Shown here: one piece after another, positions 33,867 through 42,995 of the stretch | How positions within the stretch are numbered: position 1 is the first letter of the stretch | How the letters are laid out: the number at the start of each line of letters is the position of its first letter | Source of the DNA: a virus | Taxonomy: Duplodnaviria > Caudoviricetes | Reading direction: 5' to 3' (one strand) | Length of the DNA stretch: 51,311 nucleotides | IMG/VR virus record: IMGVR_UViG_3300027861_000004 | Span: 1 to 51,311 of that record | Notes under the pieces: model-generated | Told to the model about the DNA's origin: nothing | The model's database searches: none | What the model saw: the letters and a program-made list of their open reading frames with translations, nothing else | Made by a program: the position numbers and the translations under genes

Positions 33867-35761
33867 TATTTATCCACATTGATATCTGCTTCAGGAAGTG
33901 CATAGGCAGCCCCCGTAACAACACCAGAAGAAATATTGTTACTAAGGCAAACAACACTAATGTAGTATGTACTGCTAACAGAAATACCTAACTCATATGG
34001 CAAAACACCACTAAAAGCAAGTTTGCCAGATGTACTACTCATAATCAATGGGCCTTCGGTAAATAAAACAGACGAATGATAAATGCTTGAAGGTCCGGTA
34101 GCGTTGGAAATAAGCAGATAAAAATAATCACCTGATCCAGCACTGGAATTAACGTAAGCATGTGTAGTTTCGCCTTTCCCACTTAACGTTCGGCTTGCAA
34201 ATGTTTTTGGCGTACCTAATGTTAATGCTCCGATTGAACTTGAAAAGTCAGCGGTCCTGGTACCCACTCCCTTGAAAGTTATCCCGTTAATCGTTGTGGC
34301 ATCGATTACCGAAGCAGTTATATAGCCAGCTTTTATTTCAGCTGCGTCTAAATTGACAACAGACACTTCATCTGCGTCTAACGTACCAGTGCTTATCGAA
34401 CTTGCACTGAGATTAGTAACAGTCATTAACGAAGCGTTAAACGTGCCACCTGAAATGTAACTTGCACTTAAAGTGCCTGTAGTTATACTTCCAGCATTCA
34501 AATTAGAAACAGTCACAACGCTTGCATCGAGAGTGCCAGTGGTTATCATGTTTGCAGTAAAACCACTTGCGGCCATATGCGAAGCAGTTATCTCACCAGC
34601 ATATATATCGTCAGCGTATATCGCACCTGCAGAGAAAGAGCCTGCTATGATACTGCTTGGGGCAATAATGCTACCGTCAATGTCCTGCTGATTAAAAGAT
34701 GGATAAGCATAGTTTGATGGAGTTGTATTGCTATCGATAACCATCTCAAGCATAACGCCATCGACGTAATGATCGACAGCACTACCCTGGAAAAGAAAGG
34801 CTATGTTCGCCGCTTCGTCTCCATCGGAACTAAAGTCGAATACCATCGATTTCCGTTCCCATGTGTTTGCCGACGAAATGCCATATGTGCTACTTAGATT
34901 AGAACTGTCATTACGAAAATAAACAGTACCTACATTAGCACCAGTAGTAGCTGAACGAGTCCAGAAACTTATTATCCATTTCTGATTACCTGTGATAGGA
35001 ATATTATAAGTTGTTGACGTAGCTGCAAGATATACCCACCCAGAAGCAGCAGATGGAGTTGCCTTTAAAGAATAAGCTCCAGTTTTAACGTATGTGGTAC
35101 TGACAGCGACAGTCAAGTCGGCACTTTGGCCAATAGGCGTATTTGCAGTAAAGACAGAGTATTCAGAGTTTGCAATATTAGAGCCTTTTGCACCAACAAA
35201 TCCAGCCAGCTCCGGATGGAGTATGTCCCAGAGAACAGGATTGACAGTACTGCTTTCAGGTCCGACAAGAGCTGATAGATTGCCAACATAATCAACAGCC
35301 TGAATCCAATAGTAATACGTGTCAGTGATGTTAGGAGGCGTAATGTCAGCGTATGAACTCCAGCGTGAAGTACCAACAAGAGTTGATCCGGACGGATTGT
35401 TATCAGTATCACGATAGATTCTATAATGGCTTACGTCAGTGCTTGTGCTTGCAGTCCAGTCAAGGAAGATTGCTTTCGTGGCGGCATAGATAGATAACCC
35501 AATAGGGTCTGCAGGTGAACCTGCATCGTCTATAAGGTCTATCTGAGCATTGAGATTGCTATCAAGGTTCGTAAGGTCTACTGCACCTGTCTGGATCTGA
35601 CTGGAGTTAATGATAGCAGAGTTTTCAAGCTGTGCCTCTCCAATGCCTCCAACACCGATAGCTGTATATATCTCCGTAAACTCAGCGTTAAGGTGATCGG
35701 CAAGTATATCCTCACCAGTAGCAACTTGAACGTTCGTATATTGTCTTGAGTATAGAGCCAT
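33866..35761 (-). CDS. Tail fibre/host-specificity protein
   Basis: ILADHLNAEF anchor; FN3 (LDWTAS...HYRIYR...YYYWIQAVD.VGN.S); CBM-like domain; I.AG.I.A / ITTGTLDAS repeats. Confidence 0.8.
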   Translation of the reverse strand: MALYSRQYTNVQVATGEDILADHLNAEFTEIYTAIGVGGIGEAQLENSAIINSSQIQTGAVDLTNLDSNLNAQIDLIDDAGSPADPIGLSIYAATKAIFLDWTASTSTDVSHYRIYRDTDNNPSGSTLVGTSRWSSYADITPPNITDTYYYWIQAVDYVGNLSALVGPESSTVNPVLWDILHPELAGFVGAKGSNIANSEYSVFTANTPIGQSADLTVAVSTTYVKTGAYSLKATPSAASGWVYLAATSTTYNIPITGNQKWIISFWTRSATTGANVGTVYFRNDSSNLSSTYGISSANTWERKSMVFDFSSDGDEAANIAFLFQGSAVDHYVDGVMLEMVIDSNTTPSNYAYPSFNQQDIDGSIIAPSSIIAGSFSAGAIYADDIYAGEITASHMAASGFTANMITTGTLDASVVTVSNLNAGSITTGTLSASYISGGTFNASLMTVTNLSASSISTGTLDADEVSVVNLDAAEIKAGYITASVIDATTINGITFKGVGTRTADFSSSIGALTLGTPKTFASRTLSGKGETTHAYVNSSAGSGDYFYLLISNATGPSSIYHSSVLFTEGPLIMSSTSGKLAFSGVLPYELGISVSSTYYISVVCLSNNISSGVVTGAAYALPEADINVDK

Positions 35762-37776
35762 TATGAAGGAGGTGCCAAAGGTTTAAAATAATTAACCAAT
35801 GAGGTTATAATGCTCGATCCACCGTCCGTAGACTGTAGAGAAACTGCAAAGGTACGCCCCTTTACACCTCTTGGTATTTTCCTGTGATGCTTTCGTGATG
35901 TGTTCGGACCCGGAGCATAGACGGCATTGCCATACGTGCCAGCACCGTACTTACTTGTAAAGTCATAACTTGCATCTTCAGAACCCATAGTTATCGTGAA
36001 AGCCTTATTGAACTTATTAGCATCAACAGTTATCAGACCTGAATAGACAGTCGCGGGACCGTCACCCAAGACGCTAATAGAACCAAATATCTTGCGGGCA
36101 ATTTCATGCCCAAAATCGAAATCTTTTGTTTCAAGGGCAACTGAAATATCAACAAGACCTGCGGCATGAGTGTTTTTATCTTGCGTCGCTGCCGTCTGCC
36201 CATGTTCCATGATGTACTTATTAGTGTCGTCTGCTGTATATAAAACTTTCTTAAAAACCTGTGAATGATTACTGTCCCAGGAGAGAGCAGACCAACCGCC
36301 ATACTTACCATTTGAATATAAAGCAATACCGACTTTGACATTCCAGCACCTCGTTGCATTGTTCGTTGACCCACTAATAGGAAACGAAAGATAATATTTA
36401 CCGTCACAAAATACGCCTGCTGCCTTGTATGCCTGAGCAACAGGAATTGCATCGAATATATCCTTGATGGGTTCTCCGATCGGGATAGGGAAATCTCCAT
36501 CATTAGACTGGGTATTAAAATCAACCCAGAATACATTGCCATCGCTTAAGAATACAATGCCATTTCCAACATCAACAACTGATGCAGAGGACGTTGTTCC
36601 ACGTTCGCATATAACCAAAGGCTTATTAGAGTCCGGGTCCATTCCTGCTACGAAATATATTTTCTGTGTAGTGAATATATAAGTGTTCCCGTTAAACTCA
36701 ATTATTTTCTTAATGTCACCATCGAGATAAGTATAGTTCAATGATGGAAAGACGTCCGGGATACCTTTCAGGCTCCAGCACAATTTATTGCCTAACTCTC
36801 CATTGGAATTCAGTCCGGCACACACGAAGTAACCATTGATAACCGCAGGATGCTTTGGCCTAAGCTCAGAGAACCCAAAGTCGAGAACAGGCTCAACACC
36901 CTCTTCTCCGTTCGGAGTTGTATCAGTGAAAGCAGTTCCAGAAGAATAATAACCAACCCGCTCAAACGGACCGTTGATCTCGTCAACAGGAGAGCGATAT
37001 ACATAAACCCTTGTCGCATTAGCCGGAATAGCAGGCAGGTTCGTCAAAGCAATATGGAAAGGGTCTCCTGGGGTGGAGTGTTCAGCAATAGCAAACCCCG
37101 TAGGATTGTTCAATATTGCAGTTGCCCCTGATTCGCCGTACAGTGTGCCAGCAGAGTAAAAAGCCGACAACTTGTAGTAATATGTACCTGACTTCGTTAA
37201 ACCGCGTGCATTGGCCGCCTGTTCGCTTATAACGCCTGCTTCTAAGGTAGTTAATGTTGGAACTGCAAGCCCCATTGTCCGGACACCTCCTGTGGGATTC
37301 CAGGCTAAAGGAGTCCCGTTCCCATCACAAATGAGCATATCCGTGTACTCATTGACAGTAAACGGAACCATCTCAACGTCATAATCGTCAAGCATGGTAG
37401 TCCTTGCGACCTCAGCCCAGGCACTTCCATTCCAATAATCAATGATATTGTAGTCGCCGCCACCGTCACGAACCGAAAGCAACCTGTCAATATCACCAGA
37501 CGCCGTAGTGAATGTTCCCCATTTAAAACGTAATGGAGCAGTAGCCAATACGGAAGTGTCTCCACCAGTATTGTATGGGCGATAAGGATCGCGGCATTTT
37601 AAAGCACCATTGTCTTTCATGATGAAATTAGCCAGAACAAGCAGCTGATTGTCGTCAAGAGTGCGATTCTCGAACGAGGTGGTCAATCCTCCGTAGAAGT
37701 GACCTATTATGTGCCTTTGCCAATCAACACCCTCATTCGGGTATATAGGCTGTTCTGGGAGTCGTGGAGTACCCAT
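35761..37776 (-). CDS. Tail nozzle/stabilisation protein (P22 gp10/T7 gp12-like)
   Basis: FYGGL...L.N....G.L..R N-terminus; beta-propeller-like body; ETKDFDFG...K.F. Confidence 0.75.
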   Translation of the reverse strand: MGTPRLPEQPIYPNEGVDWQRHIIGHFYGGLTTSFENRTLDDNQLLVLANFIMKDNGALKCRDPYRPYNTGGDTSVLATAPLRFKWGTFTTASGDIDRLLSVRDGGGDYNIIDYWNGSAWAEVARTTMLDDYDVEMVPFTVNEYTDMLICDGNGTPLAWNPTGGVRTMGLAVPTLTTLEAGVISEQAANARGLTKSGTYYYKLSAFYSAGTLYGESGATAILNNPTGFAIAEHSTPGDPFHIALTNLPAIPANATRVYVYRSPVDEINGPFERVGYYSSGTAFTDTTPNGEEGVEPVLDFGFSELRPKHPAVINGYFVCAGLNSNGELGNKLCWSLKGIPDVFPSLNYTYLDGDIKKIIEFNGNTYIFTTQKIYFVAGMDPDSNKPLVICERGTTSSASVVDVGNGIVFLSDGNVFWVDFNTQSNDGDFPIPIGEPIKDIFDAIPVAQAYKAAGVFCDGKYYLSFPISGSTNNATRCWNVKVGIALYSNGKYGGWSALSWDSNHSQVFKKVLYTADDTNKYIMEHGQTAATQDKNTHAAGLVDISVALETKDFDFGHEIARKIFGSISVLGDGPATVYSGLITVDANKFNKAFTITMGSEDASYDFTSKYGAGTYGNAVYAPGPNTSRKHHRKIPRGVKGRTFAVSLQSTDGGSSIITSLVNYFKPLAPPS

Positions 37777-38387
37777 TAGTCAGTATCCTCCACATTATCA
37801 GCAGTAAGGATCGATACCGAGTCACGAATCTGCGAGAATTCAGCATATGCCAAAGAACCCATACTTTGTTCCTTGTCGTGTGCCCTGCATCTGTATTCAC
37901 CATAAGCCGCTAAAGCACTTATCCCAATATCGTCAAGCAGAATAGTATCAGTGATTACTGTGTAATCGTTAGGTTTGCCTGCTATAAACGCCGTGATCGT
38001 TGTAGTGTTTGCAGGGATCGCATCAAAGTAAGCACGCTTGTCACTGGAAGAATTCCCAAACAAGTGCCAGCCAAGAGGCACACCGGCAACAGCATTCCAG
38101 TCCTTTGCTTCGTTAAGGTCAGCCTTGGCCAATCCAATCCCATCATGCTTGATAGCAAGGCAATGAACAAAATTCACATTCCCGCAATTAGCATAGGTAA
38201 ACTCAACGTAGTCGTTAGAGCCACCCATAGTAAAAGATGCGATAACTTGAAAGACACCAGACGTAATACAATATATATCCTGTCCGTCATTGATAAAATC
38301 AATAAGCATTGCATCGTCGTATGCCTCGTCAAGTACATCGCTCATACGAGTTCTTATTTTTAATATAACATCGTCAACTGTGGCCAT
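37776..38387 (-). CDS. Head-tail adaptor protein
   Basis: TV.DVI..IR.RM.D...Y.D..L.DFINDGQ N-terminal helices. Confidence 0.7.
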   Translation of the reverse strand: MATVDDVILKIRTRMSDVLDEAYDDAMLIDFINDGQDIYCITSGVFQVIASFTMGGSNDYVEFTYANCGNVNFVHCLAIKHDGIGLAKADLNEAKDWNAVAGVPLGWHLFGNSSSDKRAYFDAIPANTTTITAFIAGKPNDYTVITDTILLDDIGISALAAYGEYRCRAHDKEQSMGSLAYAEFSQIRDSVSILTADNVEDTD

Positions 38388-39076
38388 TAGTTTGCCCTCG
38401 ATTGTAATTGTTCGCTGCGAACATTCTGCCTACGCTGTATATTACGTGGAGCGTTCGAGCCTGAGTTTCCTTTAAAGTTCATAAGCCGGTCTCTGTATGA
38501 TCTTCCAAACGATAAAGCGTTCTGATCAAAACCGAGATTTCGTAATGATATCTCTCTTGATTTATCGCTCAAAGCACCAAGCAAAGTATTCGGAAAAGCA
38601 GAAATATCTTCAGCTTCAACGATAGTCTCAGCTTTAAACTTCATAGTATATACTGCGTCAGGTTTAGGCCATAAAGCCAATCGTATCTGATCAGCTGCAG
38701 CACTACCGTCAAGGAAATATGTATTAGGCTTACCTGTGACAGTCAGTTCAGGGTCAGCATCAAATAATTGATTAAGACCTGTACCTAAAAGAACCTTATC
38801 ATTACCTATCCGGACTGTGCCAGGAACAACATTAAATACTCCTGAGTCCAAATCGACATACCCTTGATCCGCGACAGTGGCAACAGTAGCGTCAGTCTGC
38901 AGGAATCGCCAGTGGTCAACCTTGTAATCCATACACATATCGATCATCGCCTCATTGATAGCGTCAGATATGACAAGACGTTCACCGTATGATACCTCGT
39001 CAGAATCCTGCAAACGCTTTATCAACGTTTCGATCCTGTTTACCATGTTTCGTTTTGTCGTAGTCCATATACTCAT
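38387..39076 (-). CDS. Head-tail adaptor protein (second paralogue)
   Basis: I.DAINEA...HWRFL...T.A.Q...TGKP..Y...LWPKPDAVY. Confidence 0.75.
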   Translation of the reverse strand: MSIWTTTKRNMVNRIETLIKRLQDSDEVSYGERLVISDAINEAMIDMCMDYKVDHWRFLQTDATVATVADQGYVDLDSGVFNVVPGTVRIGNDKVLLGTGLNQLFDADPELTVTGKPNTYFLDGSAAADQIRLALWPKPDAVYTMKFKAETIVEAEDISAFPNTLLGALSDKSREISLRNLGFDQNALSFGRSYRDRLMNFKGNSGSNAPRNIQRRQNVRSEQLQSRAN

Positions 39077-39078
39077 TA

Positions 39079-39519
39079 TTATTCTCCATGAAACGCTACT
39101 GACAGTTTGCCTTTTCTGTGCATATCAGCAGCATTGGCAATAGTTCTCGATGCATCACTAACCTTTAAATCGGACTGGTAAGTATCTTCTTTTTGCTGTG
39201 CAAGATACTCAGCCCGACGTTGCAGATTAGAAACCTGTCTTCTGTTTAACAACTCAATACCTTTTGCAATATTACATTGAGGCCCAATAACGATAAGGCA
39301 TTTGTATAGTTCATTCGGAACCATATGCCAAATCTCATATTCCTTTGAAGCAACCCTGTATCTGAGGCTTAAGTATCTGTCCGAAAAAGAGTTTTGTAAT
39401 TTCTTTTCGTCAGTCTTCATATGAGCACCATGCACCTTTGCAGGTATTGTAATTTTCTGGCAATAGGCGTTTAGCTTTTTACGCCTTAAATATTTCTTTT
39501 GCTCTTTACTTACTTTCAT
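39079..39519 (-). CDS. Hypothetical protein
   Basis: ORF in the late operon. Confidence 0.7.
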   Translation of the reverse strand: MKVSKEQKKYLRRKKLNAYCQKITIPAKVHGAHMKTDEKKLQNSFSDRYLSLRYRVASKEYEIWHMVPNELYKCLIVIGPQCNIAKGIELLNRRQVSNLQRRAEYLAQQKEDTYQSDLKVSDASRTIANAADMHRKGKLSVAFHGE

Positions 39520-39733
39520 CAGTCACCTCCGTACGTATACGAGTTACTGAAGCAATAGCACCGTTGGTTCGTTCCAGATCAACCTTAATGTTGTCTCGTC
39601 TTTGTATCAATACTTCGATATCCTTAATGACATTATTGATTGAATCGATGCAATCTTTCTTATGATCTTTCAACTGAATCAGCTCGAGATCAATAATGTT
39701 CTCCGGACTTCGTTTTGTGGTTTCTTTTGACAT
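39506..39733 (-). CDS. Small coiled-coil protein
   Basis: AAAGGA SD; heptad pattern. Confidence 0.7.
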   Translation of the reverse strand: MSKETTKRSPENIIDLELIQLKDHKKDCIDSINNVIKDIEVLIQRRDNIKVDLERTNGAIASVTRIRTEVTDESK

Positions 39734-39755
39734 AACATTTCCTTTTTGGTTTTAA

Positions 39756-39789
39756 GAAAACTCGAGGATGAATTTAATCACCCTCGAGT
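39756..39789 (-). terminator. Intrinsic terminator
   Basis: ACTCGAGG/CCTCGAGT stem then TTTT. Confidence 0.7.
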
Positions 39790-39809
39790 AATAATCATTT
39801 ACTTACTTT

Positions 39810-40493
39810 TTACGTCAACAAAGCATGCCCGAAAGTACGGAAAATCAGCTGACCAGCCGTATAGGTATCGTTAGTTGTTCCACCAGACGCCAAATACCAA
39901 TAGTCATTAGCAGTAATCGCTGGGTCTAAATTGACTACTGATAAACCAGCAGACATCGTTCCACCGTTAATGAGGTAATCTGTTCCAGCCGCTTCATCTT
40001 CTTGGATATCAGCGAGAGTATTCTCGACAACATTGATGTCTGTGTCACCTCCAGCGGGAACCTCAAGGCAGATCAACTCAGCCTTAAAGATGATACCATT
40101 GGTAGCAACTACATTACGTCCGATATAGCAACCGTCTGTTGCGACAAGCCCAATCGCGTCATTGGCAGCACCACCACTATTTAGATCAGTAAGGTCAATC
40201 TTGATCTCGGTAATAATAATGCCATTCTCAGTCCGGCGATAAGTTGCAGGAGCAACGCCAGTACCAATAGCACCAGCACCGTGTTCAGCAGCAACAGCGA
40301 TCTGAGAGTTTGCGAGATCAACCCACGCTGATCCGTTATAGCTTTTCATGATATTGTAGGTTGTGTCAAACCAAAGATCGCCCTCTGTAAGAGTCCACAA
40401 ATTACCTGGTATTGCAGCCATTTCAGTTGACGTACCTGTATAAAGCATACGAAACTTACCGTTCTTATCGTAAAGATTTTTCTGCGTAATCAT
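39810..40493 (-). CDS. Capsid decoration/minor head protein (putative)
   Basis: Beta-rich and acidic, directly after the capsid gene; EGDLWFDT...YNGSAW motif. Confidence 0.55.
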   Translation of the reverse strand: MITQKNLYDKNGKFRMLYTGTSTEMAAIPGNLWTLTEGDLWFDTTYNIMKSYNGSAWVDLANSQIAVAAEHGAGAIGTGVAPATYRRTENGIIITEIKIDLTDLNSGGAANDAIGLVATDGCYIGRNVVATNGIIFKAELICLEVPAGGDTDINVVENTLADIQEDEAAGTDYLINGGTMSAGLSVVNLDPAITANDYWYLASGGTTNDTYTAGQLIFRTFGHALLT

Positions 40494-40510
40494 AATTCTA
40501 TTCCTTATAT

Positions 40511-40546
40511 AAAAATAAAAGGGGTGATTGTATATGGCTCACCCCT
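40511..40546 (-). terminator. Intrinsic terminator after the capsid gene
   Basis: AGGGGTGA/TCACCCCT then TTTATTTTT. Confidence 0.8.
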
Positions 40547-40602
40547 AGACAAGCCACCTTACTTTACAACGAGCAAAGCAAGCACCAAAAAGAAACCAAC
40601 AA

Positions 40603-41943
40603 CTATTCTGTGATGCCATAAAACTTGCACTGTTGTCCAGGGTTCTCGCAAACAAAGTTCACGTAATCCACGGCAGTTGCAAATTTATTGTCACTTCCTT
40701 CTTTCTGCGTCATGATCGAACCGTCACTACCGGTCAACCATTTGTATCCAGTCATTCCCGGAGGACGCATGAATTTGAACTTGGTAGAATCGATCATCAT
40801 TCCAGTACCAGTTTTGATACTGTTCAGACTTGTCAACATCAAGGATTTACTTCCAAGCTGGATTCCAAGGCGTTTGTAACCACCAGTCCAGTCGAACGCG
40901 TCCATAGTGTTGAATCGACGATCTTCCTTGCTGTTCATGAAGTACTTCAGCATTGCACGCTGTGAGAACATAAGCATATTGGGATTACCCATATACTGAT
41001 TCTCGTTCTCCATGATAGCCTCGAGAAGAATTTCTTCGTCAAGTTCGTCATCGACATTAACCATCTGACTCGCAAGTTCAGTATAGGTAGTTCTGTCTTT
41101 ACCCCAGACATTCTTAAAGTTGTCGCCGGTCTCGGAGTTGCTGGCACCATCACTAATGATGTTATTCATGCCATCGCATTCAAGACAGGTTGTTCCGCTG
41201 TAAGCGTACTTACGAGTAATGACGTCGCCAGCTGAAAGGTTATCTGCCACCATACCTGTAACAGTAAGACCGCCATAAGTCCTGTTTCCAGTCTTCTTAC
41301 TTCCTTTTGTAACAGCAGTTACAGGAGCAAAGTAAAGAGAGCTTGACGCACTAAGATCCAGCTCAGTACCAAAAGCACCCTCGTCATGAACTTCGATGAT
41401 AGTGCCCTGTGGGATGAACTGAGTATCAAAGAAAGCAGGACCATTAACAGTACAAGAACCAGCACCTATAGTCTGAAGTGTTGCCAGTGTGCCATCGCCC
41501 TGACCCATCCAGATACGCTCAGCATCCAGCTTGGCAGTTTTAATGAGAGAAGTCATGTGCCTGTCAACGATATCGACATATGCACCCTGACCATTCTCGA
41601 TCGTAGCAATAGCAGGACCAGTAAGCTCGAAGTATGCGTTAGTATACTTAAGCCACTGTTCACCCTGAATAGCATCAATCGGGACATTCCCACGGAATGA
41701 GCCACCTTCAGCCATCGGACCAACACCACCAGCCATCTGAGTTTCGAACGCCATGATCATTTTACGACCTGTGGCATCAAACTTACCTGCAACTTGCTCG
41801 ATAATACGGCTGAATTGATTATCGAAATAAACAGTATTTTGCATTGCTGGAAGATATACATCTTTCAGAACGCCAGTCATGGTGGTTGCAGAACCCATGT
41901 CCGCCCGGGTTGAACCGGTAGTTGAAATTACATTACTAGCCAT
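40603..41943 (-). CDS. Major capsid protein (HK97 fold)
   Basis: 446 aa after portal and scaffold; LKDVY...GVG..AEGG, GQGDG.LA, GMNNII; followed by a terminator. Confidence 0.85.
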   Translation of the reverse strand: MASNVISTTGSTRADMGSATTMTGVLKDVYLPAMQNTVYFDNQFSRIIEQVAGKFDATGRKMIMAFETQMAGGVGPMAEGGSFRGNVPIDAIQGEQWLKYTNAYFELTGPAIATIENGQGAYVDIVDRHMTSLIKTAKLDAERIWMGQGDGTLATLQTIGAGSCTVNGPAFFDTQFIPQGTIIEVHDEGAFGTELDLSASSSLYFAPVTAVTKGSKKTGNRTYGGLTVTGMVADNLSAGDVITRKYAYSGTTCLECDGMNNIISDGASNSETGDNFKNVWGKDRTTYTELASQMVNVDDELDEEILLEAIMENENQYMGNPNMLMFSQRAMLKYFMNSKEDRRFNTMDAFDWTGGYKRLGIQLGSKSLMLTSLNSIKTGTGMMIDSTKFKFMRPPGMTGYKWLTGSDGSIMTQKEGSDNKFATAVDYVNFVCENPGQQCKFYGITE

Positions 41944-41955
41944 AATAAATTACTC

Positions 41956-42975
41956 CTACACTCGAGGATTGGCATTGGCCATATAGTTCCTTGCTGCAGA
42001 ACCCATGTTGTTAACATTCAACATTTCGCCCTGCGGCAAAGTAGGGCCAGTGCCACTATTCGAGGAAATTGGATTAACAAGATTGTTTGGTGGGTTACCA
42101 CCTGTAGGAAGATCGCCTCCTGAAGGTGGCGGATTAAGTTCCGCTTCACGTTTATCGTAACCCATTTGTACATAATGATCTCTAAGTTTACCGAAAGACT
42201 CTTGTGCCCTTGCTCCATAGTACTTATAGTTCTCTGGAGTAAAGAAAGATTCTCTTTGATCTGACCTTAACTGATTACGCTGGATTGCAGCATTAGCTTG
42301 CTCTCCAACCATATTGTCAGTAGCCAAAACAAACATATTCTCTTCGATCAGTTTCAAATCTGCCGGTAATGAGGTGTGTCTCTCGTCAGCAGAAATTACA
42401 CTTTTTGCAGATGACATGCAGTTTTCAATCAAAGCCATTTGATCATTCTGAGTGCTCTTAGCTGTTTCGCCTGCAACAAAGTTTGACATTACCTCCAAAC
42501 TTTTAATGTAATCTTCCTTAGAGATGTATTCGCCTTCTTTTGCTGCCTGAATGAGTTTGCTAAAACTGTCCTGTACAGACGGTTCTGGTTGTGATGGATT
42601 TTGATTTCCACCATTACCAAGTTTTGCCTGTAACTCTTCCGGACTAACAAGCCCACGCTGCAAACGATTTGCAAATTCACCATTAGGATCTATGCCTAAC
42701 ATGGCAATTGTCTTGCCTAAGTCTGAGACTTGCTGTTCCAAACGCTGAACGCTATCGTCCGGCTCTACTGCCGGAGCTACGTTTGGATCAGGCTGAACCG
42801 TATTATCTGCATTGACAGGAATGTCAGATACGGGTGTCGTCGAGGTCGGGTCATTGCCGCCAGGAGGTACAGTAACGATAGGTTGTGTGTTGTCGTTGGC
42901 AACAAGATTACCTCCGCTTGGTGTCCCGCCATCATTGGTAGGATCAGTCGCATTGGTTAAGTCTACTTCGTTCAT
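41956..42975 (-). CDS. Scaffolding protein
   Basis: Disordered Pro/Asp/Thr N-terminus, helical core, between portal and capsid. Confidence 0.7.
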   Translation of the reverse strand: MNEVDLTNATDPTNDGGTPSGGNLVANDNTQPIVTVPPGGNDPTSTTPVSDIPVNADNTVQPDPNVAPAVEPDDSVQRLEQQVSDLGKTIAMLGIDPNGEFANRLQRGLVSPEELQAKLGNGGNQNPSQPEPSVQDSFSKLIQAAKEGEYISKEDYIKSLEVMSNFVAGETAKSTQNDQMALIENCMSSAKSVISADERHTSLPADLKLIEENMFVLATDNMVGEQANAAIQRNQLRSDQRESFFTPENYKYYGARAQESFGKLRDHYVQMGYDKREAELNPPPSGGDLPTGGNPPNNLVNPISSNSGTGPTLPQGEMLNVNNMGSAARNYMANANPRV

Positions 42976-42995
42976 AATAAAGGTCCTTTCTAAAA

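Noticed and set aside
34300-34690. Repeats in the tail fibre as DGR/shufflon elements
   Set aside because: Codon-phased protein repeats with synonymous variation; no reverse transcriptase or invertase.
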